Positions 24,711 through 31,958 of a stretch of 32,000 nucleotides of DNA are shown here, piece after piece. Origin of the DNA: an uncultured Gammaproteobacteria bacterium (GTDB lineage: Bacteria; Patescibacteriota; Microgenomatia; Daviesbacterales; UBA10151); assembly GCA_964360965.1 (NCBI GenBank), contig CAYHYM010000005.1, positions 17,468-49,467 of the forward strand. Reading direction: 5' to 3'. Position 1 is the first letter of the stretch. Each line of letters starts with the position of its first letter. The notes beneath the pieces were generated by a model, which was not told the DNA's origin, ran no database searches, and saw nothing but the letters and a program-made list of their open reading frames with translations. The position numbers and the translations under genes are program-made.

Positions 24711-25308
24711 TAAATCCCAGCTTGCCTATTGGCCAGTACTTGAAAAAAGCCTTGCCAATAATTTTATTGGGGGTGATCGGTCCCCATTCTCTGGAGTCGG
24801 ATGAGTGCTCGCGATTATCCCCAAAAACAAAATATTGATCCTCCCCTGCCGTAAAATTAATTGCTTCTGTTAAAAAATTTCCAGATCTTGAAGATGTACT
24901 CTTGGGAAGATATGGCTCGTTTAGCTTTATGTCATTTACAAAAACTTCTCCATTTTCAACTTTGATAATGTCTTCCGGGGTAGCCATAATCCTTTTGATA
25001 AAATCTTGAGTTTCATCCCGGGGATTTTTAAAAACAATGATATCTCCTTTTTTGGGAGGATTGAGTTTATAACTTACTTTTTCTGTTAAAATATAATCTC
25101 CATTTAAAAAATTTGGTACCATAGAGTTACCGGAAACTTTGTGAGGTTGAGCTACAAAAAGATAAATCAAGGCAAAAATGGCTCCAAAAACCACTATGGT
25201 TTGGATAAAATCTACAATGTGGGAGGGAATAGAGGAGAAAAAGCCGTTTTTCTCTCTGCCATCATCATTTAACCAGTCATCTGTTGATTTTGGGAAGTCC
25301 CGGGCCAT
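24694..25308 (-). CDS. lepB: Signal peptidase I
   Basis: A TM anchor is followed by GNSMVPNF (catalytic Ser box), GDIIVFKNP, FIKRIMATPED (catalytic Lys box) and FVFGDNREHSSDSREWGPI. Its 3' end overlaps the parB 3' end by 17 nt. Confidence 0.93.
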   Translation of the reverse strand: MARDFPKSTDDWLNDDGREKNGFFSSIPSHIVDFIQTIVVFGAIFALIYLFVAQPHKVSGNSMVPNFLNGDYILTEKVSYKLNPPKKGDIIVFKNPRDETQDFIKRIMATPEDIIKVENGEVFVNDIKLNEPYLPKSTSSRSGNFLTEAINFTAGEDQYFVFGDNREHSSDSREWGPITPNKIIGKAFFKYWPIGKLGFIKQGF

Positions 25309-25333
25309 AAAATTATTATCTCAAAGGATGAAG

Positions 25334-25362
25334 TTGAGATGCAAGGGGATGGGTGTTATCAT
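25334..25362 (+). promoter_or_regulatory. Candidate promoter of tRNA-Val
   Basis: TTGAGA (25334-25339), a 17-nt spacer, then TATCAT (25357-25362) preceded by TGT (extended -10 TGTTATCAT). The mature tRNA 5' end lies 12 nt downstream. Confidence 0.45.
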
Positions 25363-25373
25363 TGGTAGGGAAT

Positions 25374-25445
25374 GGACGGCTAGCTCAGTGGTAGAGCGCC
25401 TCGTTCACATCGAGGAGGTCGTTGGTTCAATCCCAACGTCGTCCA
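25374..25445 (+). tRNA. tRNA-Val (anticodon CAC)
   Basis: Hand-folded cloverleaf. Acceptor stem GGACGGC/GTCGTCC with one G-U pair, D arm GCTC-AGTGGTA-GAGC, anticodon arm CCTCG-TTCACAT-CGAGG, T arm GTTGG-TTCAATC-CCAAC, discriminator A. CCA is not encoded. Confidence 0.9.
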
Positions 25446-25476
25446 CAGACTAAATGCCATCTGTTACAATTAACTT

Positions 25477-26706
25477 GTGGAAACTATCCTAAAACAGACT
25501 TCCTGGTTGTTTTTGGCTCAATTTTTAGGCAGGATAATTGGCTTTTTCTATACCATTTTTTTGGCCAGGAATTTGGGAGTGGCTGATTTTGGTTTGTTTA
25601 CAGCTGCTCTTGCTTATTTTTCTTTGATATCTTCAATGGCTGATTTTGGTTTTAACAGGTTTCTAATAAGGGAAATAGCGCTCGATCACAAAAAAATCCC
25701 TGATCTTCTTTGCAATATCGGTTTGCTAAGACTGACTTTGGTATCTGTGACATTTTCTCTTTTTGCGGTAGGATTATATCTTCTAGACCCTGATAAGTTA
25801 AGGGTATCTTTGACGCTTTTGGCAGTATTGGCAGTACTCCCTCAGGCCATTTCCCAAACCTTGGATGCAATCTTTATTGCTTTGCAAAAATTGCAATATT
25901 CGGCTGTTGCTCTTTTAATCTTAAGCTTAACTACTACAATTTTGGGGATAGCTTTAATTAGCGCCGGTTTTGGACCAACAGGAGCAGTTATTGCTTTAAT
26001 CCTGGGTCAGATAATTTACCTTACAGTATTAACATTCATTTTGAAAGCTCAAAGATTAAGAGTTCTGGCTAAAATAACAACTTCCACCATAAAACAGGCT
26101 ATATTAGGATCACTTCCTTATGGTTTATTAGGAATACTAGGACTTCTTTATTTTAGGATAGATATATTCCTTTTGACATATCTTCGTGGCAATTTTGACG
26201 CAGGTATTTATGGGGCAGCATATAGATTCTTGGAAGCAGTCGTTTTTGTCCCTTCATCTTTAGCCGCTGCCTTCTTCCCCATCTCAATAAAACTTGTTAC
26301 GCAAAGTCCAGAAAAAATCTATAGACTTTATAAAAAATTTATTTATTTATTATTTTTAATTGCCTTACCTGTAGTTTTAGCTTATTGGTTGCTATTACCT
26401 TTTATTATTCTGAAATTTTTACCCCAGTATTTACAAGCTATAAAGGTATTACAAATACTATCACTAACCATACCCTTTATGTTTATGATTTCTATCCAAG
26501 GCATGTTACTTTTTTCTCATGAAAGATTCTTGCGACCACTTCTTTTAATGGGCTTTTTTAATCTGATGATTAATATATTATTAAATTTATATCTGATTCC
26601 CAAATACAGTTTTGTAGGTTCGGCTTGGGCTACCCTTATCTCTGATATAGTTGGTTTCTCTATCTTTTTATTGTATATTAGGGCCAAATTTATTGCTGTA
26701 AGATGA
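25477..26706 (+). CDS. Wzx-type oligosaccharide/polysaccharide flippase (MOP superfamily)
   Basis: A 409-aa polytopic membrane protein with about 12 hydrophobic segments. The N-terminus LAQFLGRIIGFFYTIFLARNLGVADFGLF is typical of polysaccharide biosynthesis (PST) flippases. GTG start. Confidence 0.8.
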   Translation: METILKQTSWLFLAQFLGRIIGFFYTIFLARNLGVADFGLFTAALAYFSLISSMADFGFNRFLIREIALDHKKIPDLLCNIGLLRLTLVSVTFSLFAVGLYLLDPDKLRVSLTLLAVLAVLPQAISQTLDAIFIALQKLQYSAVALLILSLTTTILGIALISAGFGPTGAVIALILGQIIYLTVLTFILKAQRLRVLAKITTSTIKQAILGSLPYGLLGILGLLYFRIDIFLLTYLRGNFDAGIYGAAYRFLEAVVFVPSSLAAAFFPISIKLVTQSPEKIYRLYKKFIYLLFLIALPVVLAYWLLLPFIILKFLPQYLQAIKVLQILSLTIPFMFMISIQGMLLFSHERFLRPLLLMGFFNLMINILLNLYLIPKYSFVGSAWATLISDIVGFSIFLLYIRAKFIAVR

Positions 26707-26717
26707 GGTTTGCATAA

Positions 26718-28283
26718 ATGAAAATAGAAGCTTCAGTCATTATTCCTAACTGGAATGGAAAACACTTATTAAGGGTTTGTCTGTTGTCTCTACGCAAACA
26801 GACTCTGAAAAATTTTGAAATAATTTTGGTGGATAATGGATCAGTGGATGGATCAGTAAGCTACATCAAAAAATACTACCCGGAAGTTAAGGTAATAGGA
26901 CTTGATAAAAACTATGGTTTTGCCAAAGCCGTTAATGTGGGAATAAAAGCTGCCCAAGGTGAGTATCTGGCGCTCATAAATAATGATACTGAGGTAGATA
27001 AGAACTGCCTGCATTATCTTGTCAAAGCAGCTGATGATCATCCAGAAGTTGGTTTTGTGGCAGCTAAAATGCTTAATTTTTATCAAAGAGATATGATTGA
27101 TTCTGCGGGAGACTTTATTGATGTGGTGGGGCATGCTGACAATATTGGAAGAGGGCAAAAAGATGGGCCACAATTTAACAAGCCTGGTTATGTATTTTTA
27201 GTAACAGGAGGCGGGGGACTGTTTAAAAGAGCGGTTTTTAAAAAAGTGGGGTATTTTGATGAGGATTATTTTGCTTATTTTGAAGATGTAGATCTTTGTT
27301 TACGGGCGCAGATGGTAGGTTTTAAAGGTTGGTATGAACCCAAGGCTAAAATTTATCATATTCATAAGGCCACAGCAGATAAGATAAAGTCAATGGTGGA
27401 ATATTTACAATTTAGAAACTTGACCCAAACTGTTATTAAGAATTTTCCCATCAGTCTATTTTTGAAAGATTTTAACTGGCTAAAGGCATTACTTGTTAAC
27501 TTAAATACCATTAGATTTTTAGCTTCACAAGGCCAGGCCTTGCAAGCATTGCAGGCTGAGGCTTGGATTTTAATTCACTTACCAACTCTTTTTAAAAAAA
27601 GATTTGAAATTCAAAAAAGTAAAAATGTTTTAGATGAATATTTAATTTCAAACTTTAGGGAAAAGAAGATTAGGACTCTAAGTTTTCTGGGAAGGGCTGC
27701 ATACAATATACGCTCAAAGTTTTTCAAAACTGGAGAAGATTATCACAGGGAGCAGGTTGAGAATTGGTTAAAAAGCCATCAGGATAAAATAACCGGAGTA
27801 ATATGGGATGTTGGAGCAGGACTAATGAAGCGTGATTGGATCAGGCCCTTGGGGGATTATAAGACCTTAAATGATACTTCCTATGGTGATCCAGACATAA
27901 TAGCTGATTTAGAGGATTTAAGTCGATTTCCAAATGAGTCAGTTGATATTATAATTTGTACCGAGGTATTAGAGCATACGCCCCATCCTGACAAAGCAGT
28001 CGCTGAAATGAGACGTGTTTTAAAAAAAGGAGGGTGGATTTTTCTTACCTCTCCTTTTTGGTGGGTTTTCCATGGCTTAGAAGATTACAAAGATTACTGG
28101 AGATTTACTCATCAAGCATGGGAGTATTTAACCCGCGATTTTTCTTATAGAGAAATCAACAAGTGCGCTTTTAAAAAAGAGTCTATAAAATTCTTTATTA
28201 AGCTTGTGGCTTCAGAGGTGATGTTTATTCCAGCTGAAGATGGGGAGGCTACCACAGCTTATCTGTGCTTGGCCAGGAAGTAG
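26718..28283 (+). CDS. Fusion protein: N-terminal family-2 glycosyltransferase plus C-terminal class I SAM-dependent methyltransferase domain
   Basis: The GT2 part has SVIIPNWNG, LVDNGSVDGS, FAKAVNVG, INNDTEV and FEDVDLCLR. The C-terminal part has VWDVGAG, DIIICTEVLEHTPHPDKAVAEMRRVLKKGGWIFLTSP. Confidence 0.85.
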   Translation: MKIEASVIIPNWNGKHLLRVCLLSLRKQTLKNFEIILVDNGSVDGSVSYIKKYYPEVKVIGLDKNYGFAKAVNVGIKAAQGEYLALINNDTEVDKNCLHYLVKAADDHPEVGFVAAKMLNFYQRDMIDSAGDFIDVVGHADNIGRGQKDGPQFNKPGYVFLVTGGGGLFKRAVFKKVGYFDEDYFAYFEDVDLCLRAQMVGFKGWYEPKAKIYHIHKATADKIKSMVEYLQFRNLTQTVIKNFPISLFLKDFNWLKALLVNLNTIRFLASQGQALQALQAEAWILIHLPTLFKKRFEIQKSKNVLDEYLISNFREKKIRTLSFLGRAAYNIRSKFFKTGEDYHREQVENWLKSHQDKITGVIWDVGAGLMKRDWIRPLGDYKTLNDTSYGDPDIIADLEDLSRFPNESVDIIICTEVLEHTPHPDKAVAEMRRVLKKGGWIFLTSPFWWVFHGLEDYKDYWRFTHQAWEYLTRDFSYREINKCAFKKESIKFFIKLVASEVMFIPAEDGEATTAYLCLARK

Positions 28284-28319
28284 TACCTAACAATTTAACA
28301 AGCCTGGTATGGGGTTTAA

Positions 28320-29078
28320 TTAGCGTTTTCTTACCACAAAAAAGTAATTTTGACAGAAAGGAGAAAAAATCAGGCTTAATATGTTATCTAAAATGTCCCA
28401 AAAATTGGCCAGGGCTTTTGAATAGGCCAATCTCTTGGGCAGTCTTCCCAGGGAATTCCTGGGAAGGAAACCGTATCTTCCCTTCTCCAGTAGTATAAAG
28501 CCAGTTGCTGCAGTAAGTTTTTTAATATCAGAGAAGGTGAAACGATACTGATGATGGAATTTATTTGTCAACCATTTACCTAAGTATTCAATTGCGCTAT
28601 AACGATTTGGCAGATGATAACAGATAAATAATCCCTTATTTTTTAGAATTCTGGCTATTTCTTTCATACTGCCGCCTTCATTACCGCCGAATTCATGAAC
28701 ATGCTCCAAAACACCTACTGAAACCACACAATCAAAGGAGCTGTTTTTAAACGGCAGTAGTGTTGGTTCGTTTATCCTGCCTTTTACAAATTTATATTGA
28801 GGATACCCTTTTAACCAGTCTTTAAAAATGAAATCCTCCATTGAGAAACCTACTGCTTGATATCCTGCCCGGCAAAGAAAATAAGAGAAATGGCCATTAC
28901 CTGTTCCCCAGTCAAGTACTTTCCGTTCCCCAGTCAAGTACTTTTGAAACAGTTTATACAAAAGCAGGTACTGATGGCTACTTGCCAAACTACCAATCTG
29001 GACCAGATGGTTATTTGCTTGACGGGTCAGTGTTACTAACTGTTCCAGGATGAGGTGATGTTTGTTTTCTCCAGTCAT
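28320..29078 (-). CDS. Class I SAM-dependent methyltransferase
   Basis: Motif I KVLDWGTGNGHFSYFL, then FDCVVSVGVLEHV and ARILKNKGLFI. The 5' part contains a frame-critical tandem duplication (see repeat 28903-28944). Confidence 0.8.
   Translation of the reverse strand: MTGENKHHLILEQLVTLTRQANNHLVQIGSLASSHQYLLLYKLFQKYLTGERKVLDWGTGNGHFSYFLCRAGYQAVGFSMEDFIFKDWLKGYPQYKFVKGRINEPTLLPFKNSSFDCVVSVGVLEHVHEFGGNEGGSMKEIARILKNKGLFICYHLPNRYSAIEYLGKWLTNKFHHQYRFTFSDIKKLTAATGFILLEKGRYGFLPRNSLGRLPKRLAYSKALANFWDILDNILSLIFSPFCQNYFFVVRKR
28903..28944 (-). repeat. Perfect 20-nt tandem direct repeat with a 22-nt period, inside the methyltransferase CDS
   Basis: GTTCCCCAGTCAAGTACTTT lies at 28903-28922 and again at 28925-28944, separated by CC. 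On the coding strand the two copies are read in different frames, as KYLTGE and KVLDWGT. Confidence 0.9.
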
Positions 29079-30250
29079 GATTTAAGATCCTTTTTGGTGG
29101 CCATCAGTATCAGCCAGATTAAAAGAAAAGGGTAAAAAAGACTATTGGCAAAAAAAGAATGGGCTATTAATCCCAAAAGAGCGCTCCATATTATCACCCC
29201 CAGGGGTTTAAAAGAGCTTAAGAAAAATAGGTAGCCGGTTAATCCTACCACCCCAGTGGTGGCCATTACGTGTAGTAAACTGGAATCATTGCCAGAGGCC
29301 CCATGAGTTGCCAGATAACTTTCCGGCGCAAGATTATATTCCTTTAGGGCGTATCGGTAAGTGTTATATCCCACCCCCAAAACTGGAGATTGAGTAAAAA
29401 TTTGCCAGCCGCGCTGCCAAGAGTCCACTCGATAGTGAGCAGATTGTTCTCTGTCAATACCTCGCGGTTGAGCCACAGCTTGGGAATAAATTTGGAATCC
29501 AACTAGCAGAATAATAAATAAAATTATAGTCGATATAAAAATTTTTCTGGATTTTCGCAAAATTGCAAAAGTTAAACCACTTACTAAAAACATTAAATAG
29601 CTGGAACGGGAGAAAGTTGTTAAAAGAGCAAGGTATGTAAGCGTCATTCCTGCGAATACAGGAATCCAATTAAGTGAGTCACGTTCGGAATTGGATCCCC
29701 GCCTACGCGGGGATGACATAAAGAGGATTAATGTTAATACAAAAAAAGCTCCGGTAAAATTCGGATCTAAAAATGTTGACACAGTTCTAAAAAAATGTGG
29801 ATCCCAGCCAAAACTTTCTAAAAATCTTAAGTCTGGTAAAAAAATAAACTGTAAAAACCCTAAAATAGCCAGTCCAATTCCTGACCAAGTCAGAATCCGC
29901 AAAATATTTTTTTTAAGATCTGGAAAGGCTTCTGAGTAAATTATCCAACTCAATAAAATAAAGCTGGAAAATCTGATGATATATGAAAAGCTAGTAATGT
30001 ATTGGGTAATTACCAAATTAAGCGGGGTTAGTATAAGAGACAAAACTGCAATAAGAATAAAAAATAGGGAAGCTGTTATAAACAGTGGAGGTTTTTTGAG
30101 TTTAAATTTAAGTTTGGCAAGTCCTACAAAAGTTAAAAAAATTACTGTTACATCGAGTAAGGTTGCTCCACCATGAGTACCCACTGGAATCTTAATGATC
30201 TGTCCCGCTAAAATCGAAACAATTAGTAGAATGCTTGGTAAGTCTATCAT
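29075..30250 (-). CDS. O-antigen ligase / Wzy-family polytopic membrane protein (Wzy_C-type domain)
   Basis: About 10 TM segments. Typical motifs are TTFSRSSYLMFLVSGL and GVGYNTY...THGASGNDSSLLHVMATTGVVGL. It has 4-nt overlaps with both neighbours. It carries a 75-nt hairpin element in frame. Confidence 0.8.
   Translation of the reverse strand: MIDLPSILLIVSILAGQIIKIPVGTHGGATLLDVTVIFLTFVGLAKLKFKLKKPPLFITASLFFILIAVLSLILTPLNLVITQYITSFSYIIRFSSFILLSWIIYSEAFPDLKKNILRILTWSGIGLAILGFLQFIFLPDLRFLESFGWDPHFFRTVSTFLDPNFTGAFFVLTLILFMSSPRRRGSNSERDSLNWIPVFAGMTLTYLALLTTFSRSSYLMFLVSGLTFAILRKSRKIFISTIILFIILLVGFQIYSQAVAQPRGIDREQSAHYRVDSWQRGWQIFTQSPVLGVGYNTYRYALKEYNLAPESYLATHGASGNDSSLLHVMATTGVVGLTGYLFFLSSFKPLGVIIWSALLGLIAHSFFANSLFYPFLLIWLILMATKKDLKS
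29643..29717 (-). mobile_element. 75-nt MITE-like triple-hairpin element with terminal inverted repeats, lying in frame within the O-antigen-ligase-family gene
   Basis: TIRs are GTCATTCC (29643-29650) and GGGATGAC (29710-29717). The stems are 29646-29652/29659-29665, 29664-29671/29689-29696 and 29695-29702/29707-29714. Its length is exactly 25 codons. Calling it mobile is an inference, since only one full copy is visible in this window. Confidence 0.55.
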
Positions 30251-30963
30251 TTGGTCAGCACTTTTCTTTCTGTCTCAGTTATATTGGCGGCTTGATCCAG
30301 GGCCCTGATGGTGATTAAATTTTCGCCCTCGTTTAGATTAACAATAGTTGAGAATTTCCCTTCACTATCTACTATAACTTGAGTGTTCGTGATAAAAACT
30401 TTAGAGTTTGGTTCTGTTTTACCGGAAACTGTTACCCTTTTTTCACCTTCAATAGTTTTGCCATCATCAGGTTCGGAAATTTCCAAAGGTGGTTTTTCGT
30501 TGTCATAGATTACCCTGATGGTTTTGGAGGGGAGAGATATTGTATCAGGGTCAACAGTTTTTCCATAGATATTATTGATACCAAGTACCAACTCAATGTC
30601 TTTTACTAAAAAACTGCCGTCATCTTCCGAAATAATTTCTTTTTTAAACTGATCATCAATAAAAATTTGAACTTTTGATTTAGATATGGCATAGCCCGTG
30701 ATATCTATTTTGGCGCTGTTTGTTGCCTCATATAGAATACTGAGAACCGGGGGAGCCAGAGTAGAATTTTGAAAAGGTTGCTGAATTTCTTTATTTTGGG
30801 GGAATTTAAAAATGTCTGTAATAAAACCCAGGGTGTTTATAAATGAAGGCAGAATCCAGTTAACGGTGGCATATAAAAGGAAAATAATTATCGCTGCCGA
30901 GAATATGAAGTTTCTCCTGCTTTTGCGGGCCAATCTTCTTGATGATCTAGACCTGTAAGCCAT
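30247..30963 (-). CDS. Hypothetical membrane-anchored protein with beta-sandwich (Ig-like) repeats
   Basis: A basic N-terminus (MAYRSRSSRRLARKSRR) and TM helix are followed by two segments resembling bacterial Ig-like domains (ITGYAISKSKVQIFIDD...; VTVSGKTEPNSKVFITNTQVIVDSEGKFSTIVNLNEGENLITIRALD). The ATG at 30963 is preferred. The track start at 30981 directly abuts the tRNA-Gly gene. Confidence 0.6.
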   Translation of the reverse strand: MAYRSRSSRRLARKSRRNFIFSAAIIIFLLYATVNWILPSFINTLGFITDIFKFPQNKEIQQPFQNSTLAPPVLSILYEATNSAKIDITGYAISKSKVQIFIDDQFKKEIISEDDGSFLVKDIELVLGINNIYGKTVDPDTISLPSKTIRVIYDNEKPPLEISEPDDGKTIEGEKRVTVSGKTEPNSKVFITNTQVIVDSEGKFSTIVNLNEGENLITIRALDQAANITETERKVLTK

Positions 30964-30981
30964 GATAAAATAGTATACCAT

Positions 30982-31055
30982 GCGGGTATAGTTGAGCGGT
31001 CCAACATCACCTTCCCAAGGTGGAGACAGGGGTTCAACTCCCCTTACCCGCTCCC
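30982..31055 (+). tRNA. tRNA-Gly (anticodon CCC), CCA encoded
   Basis: Acceptor stem GCGGGTA/TACCCGC, D arm GTTG-AGCGGTC-CAAC, anticodon arm TCACC-TTCCCAA-GGTGG, T arm AGGGG-TTCAACT-CCCCT, discriminator T, then CCA. Confidence 0.9.
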
Positions 31056-31085
31056 AGTCCCAAGTTGGTGTACAATATGTTTTGC

Positions 31086-31159
31086 GCCGAAGTAGCTCAG
31101 TCTGGTAGAGCAGTCCCTTCGTAAGGGAAAGGCCGGAGGTTCAAATCCTCTCTTCGGCT
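31086..31159 (+). tRNA. tRNA-Thr (anticodon CGT)
   Basis: Acceptor stem GCCGAAG/CTTCGGC, D arm GCTC-AGTCTGGTA-GAGC, anticodon loop TTCGTAA, T arm GGAGG-TTCAAAT-CCTCT, discriminator T. CCA is not encoded. Confidence 0.88.
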
Positions 31160-31204
31160 CATATGTTTGGGTGTAAATCTATATCACCACGGGTGTGAAA
31201 GATG

Positions 31205-31789
31205 TTATCTGGGGATAGTAAGAGTCATTCCCGGAGTGATGTGATCCGGATTTGGGATATTGTTGGCTTTTGCAATCTTATCATAGGCATAGATGTCACC
31301 ATAGGCTCTTCCTGCGATCTTGGACAGCCAGTCTCCTTCCACAACCATGTATGTATCCCCTGAGAGCCTTGGTCCCCAGATGGTGGTGTCACCTCCACCA
31401 GTTCCAATCTCCTTTTCCATTTCCAGTTTTGGTATTTCAAGAACCTGACCTGTTTCTATAACATCAATGTTTGTTAAATTGTTTGCATTGGCAATTTCCG
31501 TATATTTATATCCATCCTGATAATATTTCTGGGCTATTGTAAAAAGTGTGTCCTCCTCTTTGACAGTATATTTTCCCGGTAAATTTTGAGGTGAAACATC
31601 TTGTTCTATGGTGGTAGTTTGGGCCGGTCCTATTTCCTGTTTGCCTCTATTAAAAAAGTTAAATATCAATACTCCCACTACTATGACAATGAGGATTCCC
31701 AAAACCATGCTTATTTTTGATTGATTAGATTCAACTTCTGTTTCTATTTTTTCCAGGTAATTTTGTTCGACTTTTTTAGGCCTTGGCAT
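31205..31789 (-). CDS. Membrane-anchored protein with two LysM peptidoglycan-binding domains
   Basis: A TM helix (ISMVLGILIVIVVGVLIFNFF) is followed by LysM 1 (YTVKEEDTLFTIAQKYYQDGYKYTEIANANNL...GQVLEIP) and LysM 2 (YMVVEGDWLSKIAGRAYGDIYAYDKIAKANNIPNPDHITPGMTLTIP). Confidence 0.88.
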   Translation of the reverse strand: MPRPKKVEQNYLEKIETEVESNQSKISMVLGILIVIVVGVLIFNFFNRGKQEIGPAQTTTIEQDVSPQNLPGKYTVKEEDTLFTIAQKYYQDGYKYTEIANANNLTNIDVIETGQVLEIPKLEMEKEIGTGGGDTTIWGPRLSGDTYMVVEGDWLSKIAGRAYGDIYAYDKIAKANNIPNPDHITPGMTLTIPR

Positions 31790-31841
31790 TGCTTAAGGCA
31801 GGGGAATAATGATGTATCCTTTTTAACTGAATATAGATAGT

Positions 31842-31871
31842 TTGTCAAGAGGGTATTTATTTTGTTACAAT
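31842..31871 (+). promoter_or_regulatory. Candidate promoter of tRNA-Asp
   Basis: TTGTCA (31842-31847), an 18-nt spacer, then TACAAT (31866-31871) preceded by TGT (extended -10 TGTTACAAT). The tRNA 5' end lies 12 nt downstream. Confidence 0.5.
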
Positions 31872-31882
31872 ACTTAAGTTTT

Positions 31883-31958
31883 GGGGCCGTAGTGAACCGG
31901 TCATCACGTCTCCCTGTCACGGAGAAGATAGCGGGTTCGATTCCCGTCGGCCCCGCCA
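31883..31958 (+). tRNA. tRNA-Asp (anticodon GTC), CCA encoded
   Basis: Acceptor stem GGGGCCG/CGGCCCC, D arm GTGA-ACCGGTCA-TCAC, anticodon arm TCTCC-CTGTCAC-GGAGA, T arm GCGGG-TTCGATT-CCCGT, discriminator G, then CCA. Confidence 0.9.

Noticed and set aside
25178-25453. 91-aa plus-strand ORF
   Set aside because: Its 5' part is antisense to lepB, and its 3' part is simply a translation of the tRNA-Val gene (ASSVVERLVHIEEVVGSIPT).
28265-28498. 77-aa plus-strand ORF downstream of the GT2-methyltransferase fusion
   Set aside because: It is antisense to the 3' end of the convergent methyltransferase gene. It has no motifs and starts inside the upstream gene.
29454-29939. ORFs 29454-29669 (-) starting MDSCIRRND and 29691-29939 (+) starting MDPRLRGDD
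   Set aside because: Both begin inside the 75-nt hairpin element and are alternative-frame readings of its stems. They overlap the well-supported O-antigen-ligase-family CDS.
31160-31204. Bidirectional terminator between tRNA-Thr and the LysM gene
   Set aside because: There is only a 4-bp CACC/GGTG pairing with a 3-nt loop and no flanking T or A runs. That is too weak to call.
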